From: Octopus sinensis
Lineage: Eukaryota
Assembly: GCF_006345805.1 (NCBI RefSeq)
Contig: NC_042997.1
Span: 195,920,001-195,984,000 of the forward strand
Direction: 5' to 3'
DNA: 64,000 bases
In this document: piece after piece, positions 26,125 to 39,904 of the stretch
How positions within the stretch are numbered: the stretch's first letter is position 1
Layout of the letters: every line of letters begins with the position of its first letter
The notes under the pieces: generated by a model
The model's input: only the letters and a program-made list of their open reading frames with translations
Told to the model about the DNA's origin: nothing
The model's database searches: none
Program-made: the position numbers and the translations under genes

Positions 26125-26516
26125 CTTTTCTACTCTAGGCACAAATTTTGGGGGAGGGTGCCAGGTGATTAGATCGATTCAGTACGCAACTGTTACTCAA
26201 TTTATCGACCTCGAAAGAATGAAAGCTAAGTCGAGCTCGGCAGAATTTGAACTAATAACGTAAAGACAGACGAAATACCTATTTCTATTTCTTTACTACC
26301 CACAAGGGGCTAAACACAGAGAGGACAAACAAGGACAGACAAACGGATTAAGTCGATAATCGACCCCAGTGCGTAACTGGTACTTAATTTATCGACCCCG
26401 AAAGGATGGAAGGCAAAGTCGACCTCGGCGGAATTTGAACTCAGAACGTAATGGCAGACGAAATACCGCTGCGCATTTCGCTCTGTGTGCTAACGTTTCT
26501 GCCAGCTCGCCGCCTT
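26125..26516 (-). mobile_element. SINE family B, dimeric
   Basis: Head at 26516, two body units, alternative tail ttctactctaggcacaa. Confidence 0.88.
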
Positions 26517-27164
26517 ATAATGTAAACAATATTATAGAAAATAAAGTTTGGCAGAAGTGAGCAATAAACATATTAATAAATACCTGATTGGAATTTTGTC
26601 ATGGAGTTCTTTCCTCCCTCAAATTAGAGTATATAATATCAAAAAGTAAATTGTGACTAGTCAATTCATAATTCAATTCAGCGTAACTTGTCTGGTTGCA
26701 AACATCGAAGCAAGAAGCGACTTATCACTCTACTTAATACGGTTTGTATTGTTTATCCCGCTAGCATTCAGCGATGAATTATTAAATAAAGCGTAAATAC
26801 TAGAGTTAAAGTTGCAGAGGGAAAAATAATAAAACAAACCTATTTAAGAAAGATAAGTTATGGACGTTTTATTTTCATCTGCTACTCAAGAGAGGAGACA
26901 GTGTCCATGACATTTCACAAGGCCCCGAGATTGGTGGAAAAGTGGGTGGGTAATATTCTTATACGGGTGACTTTGCCTAAATACATGTAACAGGAGTGAA
27001 ATCGGTTAAATACATGCAATAATCCAGGTAATCGTATTAAATTGAGTGATGCATTAGTCTATCTCTAATATATACCATTACGATGTTTGAACTCAAAAAG
27101 GAAAGAGTCGGAAAAATACTGCAAGGCTTTGCTCCGACTCTTTTTTTTACAGTCATTTTCTTTT

Positions 27165-27560
27165 TTTTCTACTTTAGGCACGAGGCCCGAAATATTTGGG
27201 AAGGGGGACAGTCGATTAAATCAAGCTCAGTACGCAACTGGTACTTTATTTATCGACCCCGAAAGGATGAAAGGCAGAGTCGACCTCAGCGGAATTTGAA
27301 CTCAGAACGTAAAGACAGACGAAATACCTATTTCTTTACTACCCACTAGTGGCTAAACACAGACAAAACAAACAAGGACAGAGAAAAGGATTAAGTCGAT
27401 CACATCGACCCCAGTGCGTAACTGGTACTTAATTTATCGACCCCCAAAGGATGAAAGGCAAAGTCGACCTCGGCGGAATTTGAACTCAGAACATAACGGT
27501 AGACGAAATACGGCTACGCATTTCTGCCGGTGTGCTAAGGTTTCTGCCAGCTCGACGCCT
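27165..27560 (-). mobile_element. SINE family B, dimeric
   Basis: Same layout as 26125-26516. Confidence 0.88.
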
Positions 27561-27662
27561 TTTTTTACAGTCAGTTTCGCCAATCCAATGCAGTGGCAAT
27601 CCCTTTCATCGACCCCGGAAGGGTGAAATATAAAGTTGTTTTTGGCGGGGTTTCGAAATTAA

Positions 27663-27986
27663 TACTTTTTTTACTTTTTACCTTTGACTTCGGTCAGTTC
27701 TTAGACTGCAGCCATGCTGGAGCACCAACATGAAGGTGTTTACCTTTTAAAACCCTTAAAATCTTCGGCCGAACTTCTTACCTATGGGGTGATAAACACA
27801 CTAACACCGTTTGTCAACCGATGGTAGGGGACAGATACGCACAAACACAAACTTACGTAGAGTTTCCTTCAGTTTCCATCTACCAAATCAGCTCACAAGG
27901 CCTCGGTCAACCCGTGGTTATAGAAAACACTTGCGCAAAATTCTACGTAGTCGAACTGAACTCGGAACCATGTGGTTGGAAGGCAC
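27663..27986 (-). mobile_element. Old SINE family A copy
   Basis: gccatgctggagcacc tail, cagtttccatctacc core, ggaaccatgtggttgg head. Confidence 0.65.
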
Positions 27987-29246
27987 ATACAAAATGAAGC
28001 ATTTTACCCAATGCTCTAATGGTTCTGCAAAAAAAGTTGTTTACATTGGAATCCGCAGCTTGTCCCTACGGTAGTGATATCGCTGTAAACAAATTACCAA
28101 TCCTTGCCCTGCTGCTTAATCTAAAAGTTAACACATACTACCAAAGCAACCACCAATCTCTTTATCCAAAAGATAACACAGATATATTGCTGTTTCATAT
28201 CTCAAAATTGATATTTTAAATATCGGTCTGCTATTTACTTACATTCTCGCTTTCTTATTCACGACCAGTTATAGAACAGTATAACTATGAATTTTCAAAA
28301 CTGTAATACTTTTCGTCTGTCTCTTTAAGACCCATAAAAATAACTTTCTCTATTCTAAATGTATCCATACTAAAAATCTTCCTTATCTTCAACATATTTC
28401 GCTCTATTCAAAACTAATATTACCCATATTTTTTATTGATGTAATCAAGAAAAAAAAAAACTTAGCTTTTCGAATTATTTTCCTCATTCTTTAATATTCG
28501 TATGTAAATATATTATATTCACGTTGATTTCCTCAAGAACGTATAGGATATAGCAAAGATATTGATGAAAAATCAGATGTGGAATAAAGATATATATTGA
28601 ACAAATAAATCCATTTAAATGGGTTGATTTTTAAAGCGATATATGAAAATATGTTGCTATTAAGACGACTTAGTTTCACTATTGCAACACCACTTGTTAT
28701 GGAGAATGAAAGAACTCGGAGCCGCCCGATATTATACAGAGAATGATATCGTCAGACCGGAATAAATAAATTGTGTTATTTAGTATCATTCATATACATC
28801 TGGTGTTCGAATTCTGCAAGGATGGTATGGCATTTCATTTATCTCGGATTCATGAGAAAGCTTCCATGAATACAACTGTAGGCCCCTAGAAAATGAGGTG
28901 CTCATGAAAATCGGTCTGTCAAGATCACTTTCAAACAGGCTAAGTCCATCCCTCTTTTCTTATTTGGAGAGTGTTCTATGCACCACCAGGGTGGTTTCTT
29001 CACATTCAAGTATTTCTACCGGACACACACATACATTCTCACACACATATGTATATGTCTTTACAGTTATACACACACCTGTACATACACGCACGCACTC
29101 ACGTAATACATGTATTTTTTACTCAGCTCAGTCGCATATTGAATTAACATTTTCTATATTGTGTTTCATGTAATTTCATAGGTCTCACCAAGCTGTAATC
29201 AGAAATTTTAAATCACAATTGTAGCTTTTGATTCTCTCCAGTTATT

Positions 29247-29470
29247 TGTGTATATGCTTGTGTGTCTGTGTTTGTCCCCCCAACATCGCTTGACAACCGA
29301 TGCTGGTGTGTGTACGTCCCCGAAACCTAGCGGTTCGGCAAAAGAGAAACATAGAAGAAGTACTAGGCTTACAAAGAATACCTCCCGGGGTCCATTTGCT
29401 CGACAAAATGCGGTGCTCCAGCATGGCCACAGTCAAATAACTGAAACAAGTAAAGGAGTAAAAAAGTACT
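29247..29470 (+). mobile_element. SINE family A 3' half
   Basis: tttgtcccccc...gcggtgctccagcatggccacagtc...gaaacaagtaaag. Confidence 0.85.
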
Positions 29471-29731
29471 CTTTGACTCGATCAATCCCTAGGGATGTCT
29501 CAAGAAGGAATTTTTATATTCCGAAATATTATATCAGACTATGGATGATTAAATTATAACCGTTATTATAACTCATTGTTGCTAATGCATTGTTGTGACA
29601 TTCAACACACATTATTCTTTGTATTTAGGTAGTTAGCCTTGGCAAAATCCTAATAATTAGAAATAAAGAGTGAGTTTACTATTCCAAAAATTCGATGAAA
29701 CCTTTCCGGACAACACACACACACAAACACG

Positions 29732-29763
<32 letters not shown>

Positions 29764-29935
29764 CAGTAATTCCTTGACCGCCAGCGACAGGGGGAAATCC
29801 GCGAAGTAGAAACAGTACTGTACTGTATATTTTTATTATCATTTTTATAATTTGTATATATTCATTTTATTATAAAACCAAAAAACAGCACCACGGAGCT
29901 GAAATAATAAACCGTGATATGGCGAGGGATTACTG
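29764..29935. mobile_element. MITE with CAGT termini and TA target duplication (Tc1/pogo-type)
   Basis: TA-CAGTAATTCCTTG ... CGAGGGATTACTG-TA; imperfect 13-bp TIR, 172 bp. Confidence 0.65.
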
Positions 29936-30075
29936 TACATACACATTTAAGTAGTATTTAGAACCAACATGGACACTAACACAAATACCATCTTGTTGCA
30001 CTCCTCCTTTTAGATGTCTCTCTTTCAACTCTCTGTGACCTCTAAGTTTCAAAATTATATGACATTCATTTGTGA

Positions 30076-30115
<40 letters not shown>

Positions 30116-30132
30116 TAATAATAATAATAATA

Positions 30133-30750
30133 GGACAATATGTCGGCATTATAAAATCAAAACCGCTGAAAGATGGTATAAACACCATCCTGAAGCTGTG
30201 ACTGAGGGAGAAAATGTGTCGATTCTATGGGACTTCCTCGTACATACCGACAAAACTATAAAAGCTAATAAACCGGATATTATAAAACGATCAGACATAA
30301 AGGATGTGTTTATTAACTGACATGAGTATTCCCTGTGATCACAATATAGCGAAATAATTTGATAAGATTAGTAAATATAAAGACTTGCTAATAGAAACTG
30401 AAAAAATGTGGCATCTCAAGCTGTCTATAGTGCCAGTGATTGTAGGATCTCCAGGAATGATAAAAAAAAAAAAGGTACTGAAACCTATTTGAAAATGATA
30501 CCAGGCTTACCATCCCTACAGGAAGTGCAAAAAATCGTGTTAACTGGAATGGCTCATGTACTGAAAAGAGCATTATCGCTGTGAAAAGAACATCCACTCA
30601 TGAATTTATTTATTTATTAATTTTTAAATACATATTTTACCTGTGAATTTGCGTGTGTAATCTGGGAATGCATACAATGAGCTTCTCTGCCCTAGGTGTA
30701 CGGAAAACACTCGGCGAGAAACGGAAAAAAATTTGAAGGAAGAAGGAAAT
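30133..30750 (+). mobile_element. 5'-truncated Dong/R4-like element (RLE domain + 3' UTR), lineage B
   Basis: RWYKHHPEAVTEGENVSILWDFLVHTDKTIKANKPD matches 43450-43560; flanked by (TAA)n on both sides. Confidence 0.88.
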
Positions 30751-30754
30751 GATG

Positions 30755-30803
<49 letters not shown>

Positions 30804-30805
<2 letters not shown>

Positions 30806-33800
30806 TGGATGTTCCCTGGGAGCCTCTCTCCAAAAAACGAATTTAATGCAACAACATCGTTGCAATGGAAGAAAGGTTCCACAAAATATCTTTTCCAAAT
30901 TTTCTTTTAAGGCAAAGTAACTAAAAAGTCCGAACTATTATTGCCATATATAGTATGGTTTTCTTTCTTTTATGCATAATATTTCCATGTGACATGCATA
31001 AGAAATAGAAGCGAACATCAGAGCTCTTGAAAGACAGTAAGTACATAAATTGATTAATTAATTAATTAATTAAGTATACATGCAACTGTTTATGCATACA
31101 CGTAGACATTTTAATTGTAAAGTATACATGCAACTGTTTGTGCATACATGTACACATTTTAATTATAAAGCATAAATAATGCTTACACGCGCTCAGACGT
31201 ACACACAGAGAGAAAAACCACGTTACGCGGACGAAAACAAAACAAAAACAAAGCGATTTTTCACGAACAAACGCAAAAAAGAGCAAATTGGTCACTGAAT
31301 TTAGGACGTCACTGAACAGTTATGCCCGGAAACATGACTACCAAAATAAATAGAGGCGAATTTCGATCTGTAAGTCTTATGCGAGTTCGATATGAACAAT
31401 ATATTAATTCGGAGAATTCAGAAGCGGTGTTTTGTCAAAAAATTGACCCTGTACAAACAGTCCCTTCTTCTAACGTCACCGTCACAGAAGCGGTGTCTTG
31501 TCAAAAAGTTGACTCTGAAAAAATGGACCCCTCTGATGTCGCCGTCAATCATTTAATGAAAACAAGCCAAAAATCATGCCGGATCGGTCATCGCCCGGGA
31601 CAACAAGGACCGCGTTACCCAGTAGGGAACCAGACTGGGGTCGAAAAGTTTGCTGCTGGAACAAACTCTCAAAAAGACGATCTACCAGGTGACCAGAACC
31701 AGAATACTTCTAACTCTGGACTTGTAGTGACACCACCAAAAACACCACCTAAAGCAAAACGTATAAAATGGACCAGAGAGGACTATAGAGATGTGTTGAA
31801 AGCTTTTTATACAGCCCAACTAAACCCAAACAATAACCTCAGTGTACAAACATACATCTCATGGAGAAATTCAGTAGGCAATGACGTACGTAGATATATA
31901 GACGCAAATAAATTAAGTAATGTACGCAGAGATATAATTAAAAACAAAAGACTAACTGACGCTGAAATTGACAAAATTAGGACACTAATAGCTCATGGTA
32001 GACCAAAAGAAAACAGCAACAATGTAGACGAAATAGGTAACAGTAACACAGAAGCCAGTGTACAAGTGGCAAATCAACTTCCCAATGGGGAAGTTAAACA
32101 AAGAATAGCGAAGACGAGAGATTTGAAAAAAGAGGAGAACGTAGACCTTCCTCAAGAAAACCAAAATAGATATGACATAGAATTTGAGGTGAATAATAGA
32201 GAAAATATTATGGAAGCAAAAGTGGACATTATGAGAGAACTCGGCAAGATTGAGCTCACTGACATGGTTAATAGAGAACCACTACCAAAGTTTTCAAATG
32301 GCACAAGAAATAACAACACAATCATGACATATAACGTTGCCCTAGGACAGATCTTAAGAAATAAGGGGAATGATTTGACAACCTTAAATAATCTCATTTA
32401 TTCCACTGCTAAAGTAGTAACTACCCAACTAGGTATTAAGATGACAAAGAAAAAGGCCAGGCATGTCAATGAACCTCCTAAGTGGAAAGTGGCGATACAA
32501 AAATAGATTGAATCTCTGCGGGCGGATGTTTCAGTTCTCGATGAGCTTGCTAGAGGAGTGAATATTAAGCCGAGAAAAGCTAGAAAAATCAAGCAAAAAT
32601 ATAAAATCAAAGATCTCATAAACCTCCCTGCAACTAAGGAACTGTTGAAACAATGGATACAGTTGAAAGCCCAACGGCTTAGAAGGTATGACAAAAGAAA
32701 CTAATTTTATCGACAAAATAAATTTTTTAAGACAGATGCAAAGAAATTTTATAGGGAAATTGGCAAAAATAAAATACACATAGAAGACCCACCTAAGATT
32801 GAGGAAGTGGAGGAGTTCTGGAAGAAGGTATGGAGCAACGAAAAAGAGTTTAATGCTGAGGCTGACTGGATAGAACGTGAGAAAGAGAGACTGGATGAAC
32901 TTGAAGAACAGAAATGGTAAGCAATAGGAATAGAGGAGCTAAGGTGTGTCCTTAGGAAGGCTCATAAATGGAAAACCCCAGGACTGGATCGGATCCCTAA
33001 CTTCTGGCTGAATTGTTTGTCAAAGGTACACGAACATCTCGCTGCATCTCTGTCTGATGTCATTCAGAACCCAGAGCAAATACCTGCTTGGCTGACTGAA
33101 GGAACCACCTACCTATTACCTAAAACCGAAGACACAAAAAACCCAAAGAATTACCGGCCAATAACATGTCTCAACACCACCTACAAAATCCTCACACCCA
33201 TAATAACGGAGAGAATGTACGCTTTCCTTGAACAAAATTCTATCCTTCCACAAGCTCAAAAAGGTTGTAAAAGAAACTCTTATGAGTGCAAAGACCAATT
33301 GTTCATAAACAGAATGATTGTAGAGAATTGCCGGAGCAAAAACAAAAACCTGAGTATGGCATGGATAGACTACAGGAAAGCGTATGACAGTGTCCCACAT
33401 AAATGGATACTCAAGGCCCTTGAGATATACAAGATCTCTCCTGTCGTCTCAAAATTCTTAGAGAATAGCATGACCATGTGGAACACACGTCTCTTTCTAA
33501 GCCATAGTAATGGGATGAGCCAGTCCAACAGCATCAACATCAAACGAGGCATCTTTCAAGGTGACTCCCTCTCTCCATTACTTTTTTGCATGGCACTGAT
33601 CCCACTCTCAAACGAATTGGATAGTACCAGATATGGGTACAAAGTTTTAGTAAGTTAATAAACCACCTTTTCTATATGGACGACCTAAAGCTGTTTGCCA
33701 GGAATGACCAAGAGCTAGAAGGGCTGCTAACAACTGTTAAAGAGTTTAGCAATGATATCGGAATGGATTTTGGCCTTGATAAGTGTGCTAAAGCAACTTT

Positions 33801-35381
33801 TGTAAGAGGCAAGCTCAGGCAAACAGCTTCTGTTAAATTAGATATTGACACTACCATCAAGGAACTTGACCCACAAGAAAGTTACAAATACCTAGGAATC
33901 AACGAAGGAGATGGTATACATCATGCTACTATGAAGGAAAAAATAAGAAAGGAATACTATAGGAGAATAAGGCTTGTACTGAAGACTGAACTCAACTCCA
34001 AAAATTGCATTGAGGCCATTAACACCCTGGCACTTCCAGTAGTTCAGTACAGTTTTAACATTATTAACTGGAACCTTACGGAACTCCAACGCTTGGACAG
34101 GAAGACAAGAAAGTTACTGACATCCAAGAGCATGCACCACCCTAAGGCAGATGTAGACCGCTTGTACCTACCTAGAAGCAGCGGGGGGAGAGGAATGATG
34201 CAATTAGAACTGTGCTATAAGACCTCTACTGTAGGAATGAACAGGTACCTATCTAGTACAAAGGACTGGATGCTGCGACTTGTGTGCGAACACGAAAGCA
34301 GCAAAAAGCTGCATTCTATTGTCAATGAAGCTTATAAGTTCGAAAGGGAACTAGACATTAACCTTGAATCAGATGAAGAGCCGGAAACCACTGCTACCAA
34401 GCAAGCAAAGCGAATCAAGCAGACTGCAAAAAAGAACGGGCAGAATCAAATTGAGAGGCGGTGGAGCCAGAAGCCCCTGCATGGACAATATATTCTCCGA
34501 AGCCAAAATGCTGATGTAGACCAAGCAACAACCCATCAGTGGCTGAAGAGCTCTGGATTGAAAGCAGAGACTGAAGGCTTCATAATGGCAGGACAAGATC
34601 AAAGCTTGTTTACCAGAAATTACCAGGCTAACGTTCTCCGAAACGGTACTGACCCTAAATGCAGATTCTGTGACACATTTGACGAAACAATAGACCATCT
34701 CGTTTCGGGATGTCCTGTGCTGACACCAAACGAATACAAAAATCACCACGATAGGGTAGGACAGTATATACATTGGAAGATATGTAAACACTACAAATCC
34801 GACACTCCTGCTAACTGGTATGAACACCATCCTCAGTCAGTTGTTGAAGGTAAAGATGTCACCATCCTCTGGGATTTTCCAGTCAACACTAACAGAACGA
34901 TAAAGGCTAATCGACCAGACATAATTGTTAAAGACAGGGAAGAAAATACCTGCAGACTAATAGAAGTAAGCGTCCCCACTGATAAAAATGTATCTGTCAA
35001 GGAATTTGACAAACTTAGTAAATATAAGGACCTGGAAATCGAAATACAGAGGATGTGGAATCTTAAAACAAAAAACTGTTCCTGTTATTGTAGGTGCCCT
35101 AGGTATGATAAAAAAGGGATGTCAGAAACACCTAGACAATATCCATGGAAAACCATGTCTCAAGGAAATCCAAAAGATTGTGCTAACGAGTACTGCCCAC
35201 ATTCTTAGAAAAACCCTATCAATGTAAATGTTTGTGTTTGCATTACATGGAGATATATCTCTACTTCCCCTCCCCAAGCTTTCAGCTATATTTCAACAAC
35301 TCTTAACCTTCACTTGCCCTAGGGCGCTGGGTGTGCCCCGGCAAGTGATTGCATCAAATATGCAGATTAAAAGTAAATGAC
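30804..35381 (+). mobile_element. Apparently full-length Dong/R4-clade non-LTR retrotransposon, disabled (lineage A)
   Basis: Single ORF remnant 31322-35227: N-terminal KWTREDY domain, RT (YRPITCL, AWIDYRKAYDSVPH, QGDSLSP, YMDDLK), CRFC...HLVSGC knuckle, RHD/PD..E..K RLE. In-frame stops at ~32504, ~32701, ~32918; frameshifts at ~33650 and ~35070. (TAA)n on both flanks. Confidence 0.95.
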
Positions 35382-35393
35382 AATAATAATAAC

Positions 35394-35424
<31 letters not shown>

Positions 35425-36113
35425 TACAAAACTTTGTACGTTTCTGACGTTCCTACAATTTATAAGTTTTTATTTATAGTGTACTTTTCCCTTGTCACTT
35501 CTATTTAAAGTCTCATCTTCATGAATTAAATATTAATGTCCTACCTCTTTTTTCACCGCTTTGAATTCATCATCTTGCCTCATATAGCTAAATCTCAAAA
35601 TCTCGTCATATGTCTATAGTTTTTAATGAAATCCTCACGTACAAGAATCTGCGAGCTTCGAAATTTCTTGTCTTATTAGTAATGTCTCGACATACGAAAC
35701 TTCAAATCACTGCCTACATAATACGAATGTATTTAATTATTTTAATAAGTACGAAAGGTAACAAAAGCCAGTCTAGTCTTGAAGCACGAAGAGAATTGTA
35801 ACATACATGCATAATTAATTTGAATTCGGCTGCAAATTCCTCGATTAAATCTTTAGAACTACACAATGGTTCTTATAAATGAACATGCAGTTAATGAAAT
35901 GTAAAAATTCATGAAATGTAAAAATGTAGACGTTTTATTTCTTTCACTATGGCATAATAAACAATTCGTTTAGACGTACATAGGCGTTCAAGAGTACATT
36001 CATTCTAGCTCATTACGAAGTATCAAAAATGTGGGGTAGAAACAGAGTTACATAATTTTCTTCGATTTATACTCGCCAAATTTATATGCAACCAACTGTG
36101 GTAGTGTAAAATA

Positions 36114-36147
<34 letters not shown>

Positions 36148-36793
36148 GGTTTAGTAAATGTTTTTATCTTCATTTCACTTAATTTATCAAGCTTCTGTAT
36201 TCCTAGCACATATTTCGCCTTAATGTACTGATATATGAAAAATATATGGCTTGTGTTAGTAATACCAGCGATTATAATTATTTTTATTTTATCGCAATTT
36301 GATTTGTTTATATATATATATATATAAAAGAACTTATGGAAAATTTATAAGTCCCTCTGGTAAAGAGTAAAGGATATTATAATGTTATTTCTTTTAGAAA
36401 AATATGTTAACTATCCGTCTAGACACACGTTGACTGGAAGGAGGACTATAAAGCAGACCGTTTACTAGATTTTTGAAAAATCATCGTTTTTAATACTTGC
36501 CTTATATCTTCTGCGTTGTAATTCATGAGTATAATAGGAAGATCAACATAGGTTGCTTGGTAGAAGGAGAAGCTACAAATTCGAATAAGGCGTGTGTAAA
36601 AAGATTATTGAAGACGTATTGGTAAAAATCTTACTTGTGGTATCGTGAATGATGGCGTGTACTGGACAATTTTAGAGAAGGTATACACTATCCGTCGCCT
36701 CTCTATGACTAGGTACTTCGCTTCTTCTTCGATAACCTATACAGAAAAATGTATACGAATAGAATTGTTCGAGTGGTTGTGTGGTAAGTAGCT

Positions 36794-36962
36794 AGGCGCA
36801 GGAGTCGCTGTGTGGTAAGAGCTTGCTTACCAACCACATGGTCCCGGGTTCGGTCCCACTGCGTGGCACCTTGGGCAAGTGTCTTCTATTATAGCCTCGG
36901 GCCGACCAAAGCCTTGAGTGTATTTGGTAGACGGAAACTGAAAGAAGCCCGTCGTATATATG

Positions 36963-37001
<39 letters not shown>

Positions 37002-37203
37002 TGTGTGCCTGTGTTTGTCCCCCCAACATCACATGACAACCGATGCTGGTGTGTTTATGTCCCCGTAACTTAGTGGTTCGGCAAAAGAGACTGATAGAAT
37101 AAGTACTAGGCTTACAAAGAATAAGTCCTGGCGTAGATTTGCTCGACTAAAGGCGGTGTTCCAGCATGGCCACAGTCACATGACTGAAACGAGTAAAAGA
37201 GAA
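36794..37203 (+). mobile_element. SINE family A, full length
   Basis: Head, core, (TG)n and tail all present; short duplicated head piece at ~36772-36792. Confidence 0.9.
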
Positions 37204-37779
37204 ATGAGAAAGATAATTTCTAGTTGATTTGGACGCAAATATCCTCATCGCTGTTACCTTTGTCGCAACAAAACAGGAATATGTGTTCAGAGCACACTCG
37301 ATTCATTGGTACAGGGGACTCTGGTATACTATTGTTCGACATCTTGTGTCTCGTCATCCAGAGATACCGGAACCAATGTATGTAAAAAAGATGTGATGGC
37401 TTCTTTTTTCATTTCAGCAGCTGAACTGTTTGCAGATAATTTCTTATGTCTGCCAATCAACAGTAAGTCGTCTTTTGTACGGTGATGAAGGAGATTCCAA
37501 ATGATGACTTTCATTTTTATTCTTAACAAATTCCAGCAGATTAGAACGCAAATGTGCAAATCGCTGTTGTGGTAATTAAAACTAGAATTTTCTATTTCTC
37601 AACATGTTTAAGAGACATAATTCGGAATCATATAAGTTGGAGGTTATGTCAAGATATCTGCCTATATGATGATTGCACTCGACTGTAATTTTAAATTTAA
37701 ATCCTTTGAAGAAACTGTCTAGTGCCTTATAAAATATCTCAGGCCTTTGATCAGTAGTATTCTTAAGGATAAGTAGGCC

Positions 37780-38130
37780 ATTGTCTCTTCAAAATTGAGG
37801 ATATATGGAAACAAACATTTCGACGAAGAAGCGCGATTCTACAATGATCTCATAAAATAAGTATATTTAAGGAAAAATTTGAATTTCCGAACAGAGTCAA
37901 ATAATGGATATAATAAACAACCAGAACTGTTCACCACCAAGAAAGATTATTTCATTTAAACTCATTGTTTAGCAAATATGACGAAAAATCTCTCTAATTT
38001 CCGCACATTTTACCTCTGACCACATATATAATAATACTTTCAACAGGGATACCATAATGATCAGGTACAATTCTTAAACATCAGCATCAAAAAGAACGAA
38101 TTCAAGCAACATAAGGCGAATAAATCCCGC
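37780..38130 (+). mobile_element. Possible decayed Penelope RT fragment
   Basis: HNDQVQFLNISIKK resembles the PLE RT E..N.LPFLDI.I motif; otherwise broken. Confidence 0.3.
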
Positions 38131-38149
38131 CAACCAAGCTAGAGATAGT

Positions 38150-38860
38150 TAAGTTAAAGTTAAGTTAATTTTTTGGCTCAAAAAGCAAAAATCAAGGCCA
38201 TGTAGGGGGACATGGTGTTATGTACAGGGAGGATGTTCATACAAAGAGTTCAGGCCGTTTCTGGTCAAGAGAGACTTTGAACCGAGAGGTCGTCGGCATC
38301 TTCACTATCATGTCCGGCAGCTTATTCCACGGATCCGCAACCCGGACGGAGAAAGCCCCTCTCCTTCGATTGAGATGAAATCGTCGCAGATAGAGCTTTT
38401 CGGAGTGACCCAGCAGCCGACGCTCTGGAGCAGGCGTGAAGAACAGCTCTTTCGAGAGGTTACACTTTCCGCTTATGATGTTGTGAGCGAGAATGAGATC
38501 ACCACGGCGTCGTGGTTTTTCTAGAGAATAAAGGTCGAGCGTCTTCAGCCTTTCTTCATAAGACAAATGCTTGAGACCAAGAACCATGTGGGTAGCCAGC
38601 TTCTGGACTCTTTCGAGATGATGTATGTCTTTGAGGAGATAAGGAAAAGAGGCTTGAATCCCGTACTCCAATATGAGTCTCACCAGCGTGACGTAGAGCG
38701 GTAGAAATATGGCTGCTGTGAGCATTCCGAATGACCGTCGAATCAAAAAGAGAACTCCGCGTGCTTTGTTGGCAGCATGGACCCACTGGGCCGAAGGCGC
38801 AAAGGAAGAATCCAGCAAGATACCCAGGTCCTCTCCAGCAGCAGACGACCCGGCTCGAAA
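38150..38860 (-). mobile_element. 5'-truncated CR1-clade LINE (RT C-terminus + tail)
   Basis: DLGILLDSSF...LYVTLVRLILEYG...LERVQKLAT...SYEERL...RRRGDLI...FSVRV..WNKLP; short 3' UTR with (TTAAC)n-like tail. Confidence 0.9.
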
Positions 38861-39904
38861 TCATGTGATAAATATATACAAAGAAAACCAAGGTCCATAG
38901 ATAACGTTAGATGTCAAAAATCAATACCATGGCTGTCAAGTGAGAGTGACTTAAAACAGCATAATCTATGGAGTAAGAAAGCTAATAAGATATATATCGA
39001 TGCAACAGTTCGGATATTCAAATTCAGGTGTAAACAACAGTTGCAGTCATTCTGAAATCTATTTGCATTGGTTTCTGTCGAGATTACAGTAGATGTTTCT
39101 TGCTGAAAGTTTCACCTCAAGAGGATCAAACATATTCACCTTGATGCGAATGTATACACACACTGAAAAAATATATTCATTAGCGATATGCATTCAGACG
39201 GCACTCCTTCGCACTATAAAGTTTGTAGTAGAACTATTTTTTTTTTTTGGTGTAGTGGTCTTCCATCTATGAGTGATGTGCCTAGTGTACAGCCAATCGT
39301 ATTGCCTTGCGCATATCTACATGATTCGCCATCTCTACGGGGAAAAGAGCGAACATTTGAACGGCAGAAGCTGGCCAGAACTAGTTGATGGAAGACGTGT
39401 ATTTCGTCGCTGTGTTGACAACACCTCGAGGGGATTTTTGGATAAAGCCACATTATGAAATTTATTGCTATACTACGTGATTATTCAAACCCTTAGTAAT
39501 CCGTTTGTTAACTTTTCACTTGCTAACTGTAAGTTCAGTATAGTTTTTGTATTGTTGTAGTACCAGACACACACACGGAGCTTACCTTCTCTGCAGCTCG
39601 TATATATTTTCTTTCATATAATGAACCTATGCTACGTTTCTTTGTTGGACTTGGCCAGTATGTTTATGAAGCCCGTTTATGAACGATTTTCGTTTCCTCA
39701 AACCACAAGTGCCCATACAAATAAATAGTTGTTTATCCATTTCTAAGCCTTCTGAGATTGTCATTGTATAACCACCCTGAGATATGATTTTGTTTCTATC
39801 ATGCATCCCAGGACTCACCATAATTGGGGAATTCGTTAATTTGGTTTCATCATCCCATTAAAAATTCATTTCATCATAAAAACTAACCACCAATGCTTAA
39901 CCAT

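Noticed and set aside
30804-30900. HDV-like ribozyme at the Dong 5' end (expected by analogy with R2/R4)
   Set aside because: agcctctctcc is vaguely P3/L3-like, but I could not build P1, P2 or J4/2 by eye; needs a descriptor search.
39258-39396. 10-bp inverted repeat flanking ~120 bp (MITE or snoRNA?)
   Set aside because: Several such matches are expected by chance in 64 kb; no TSD and no proper C/D boxes.
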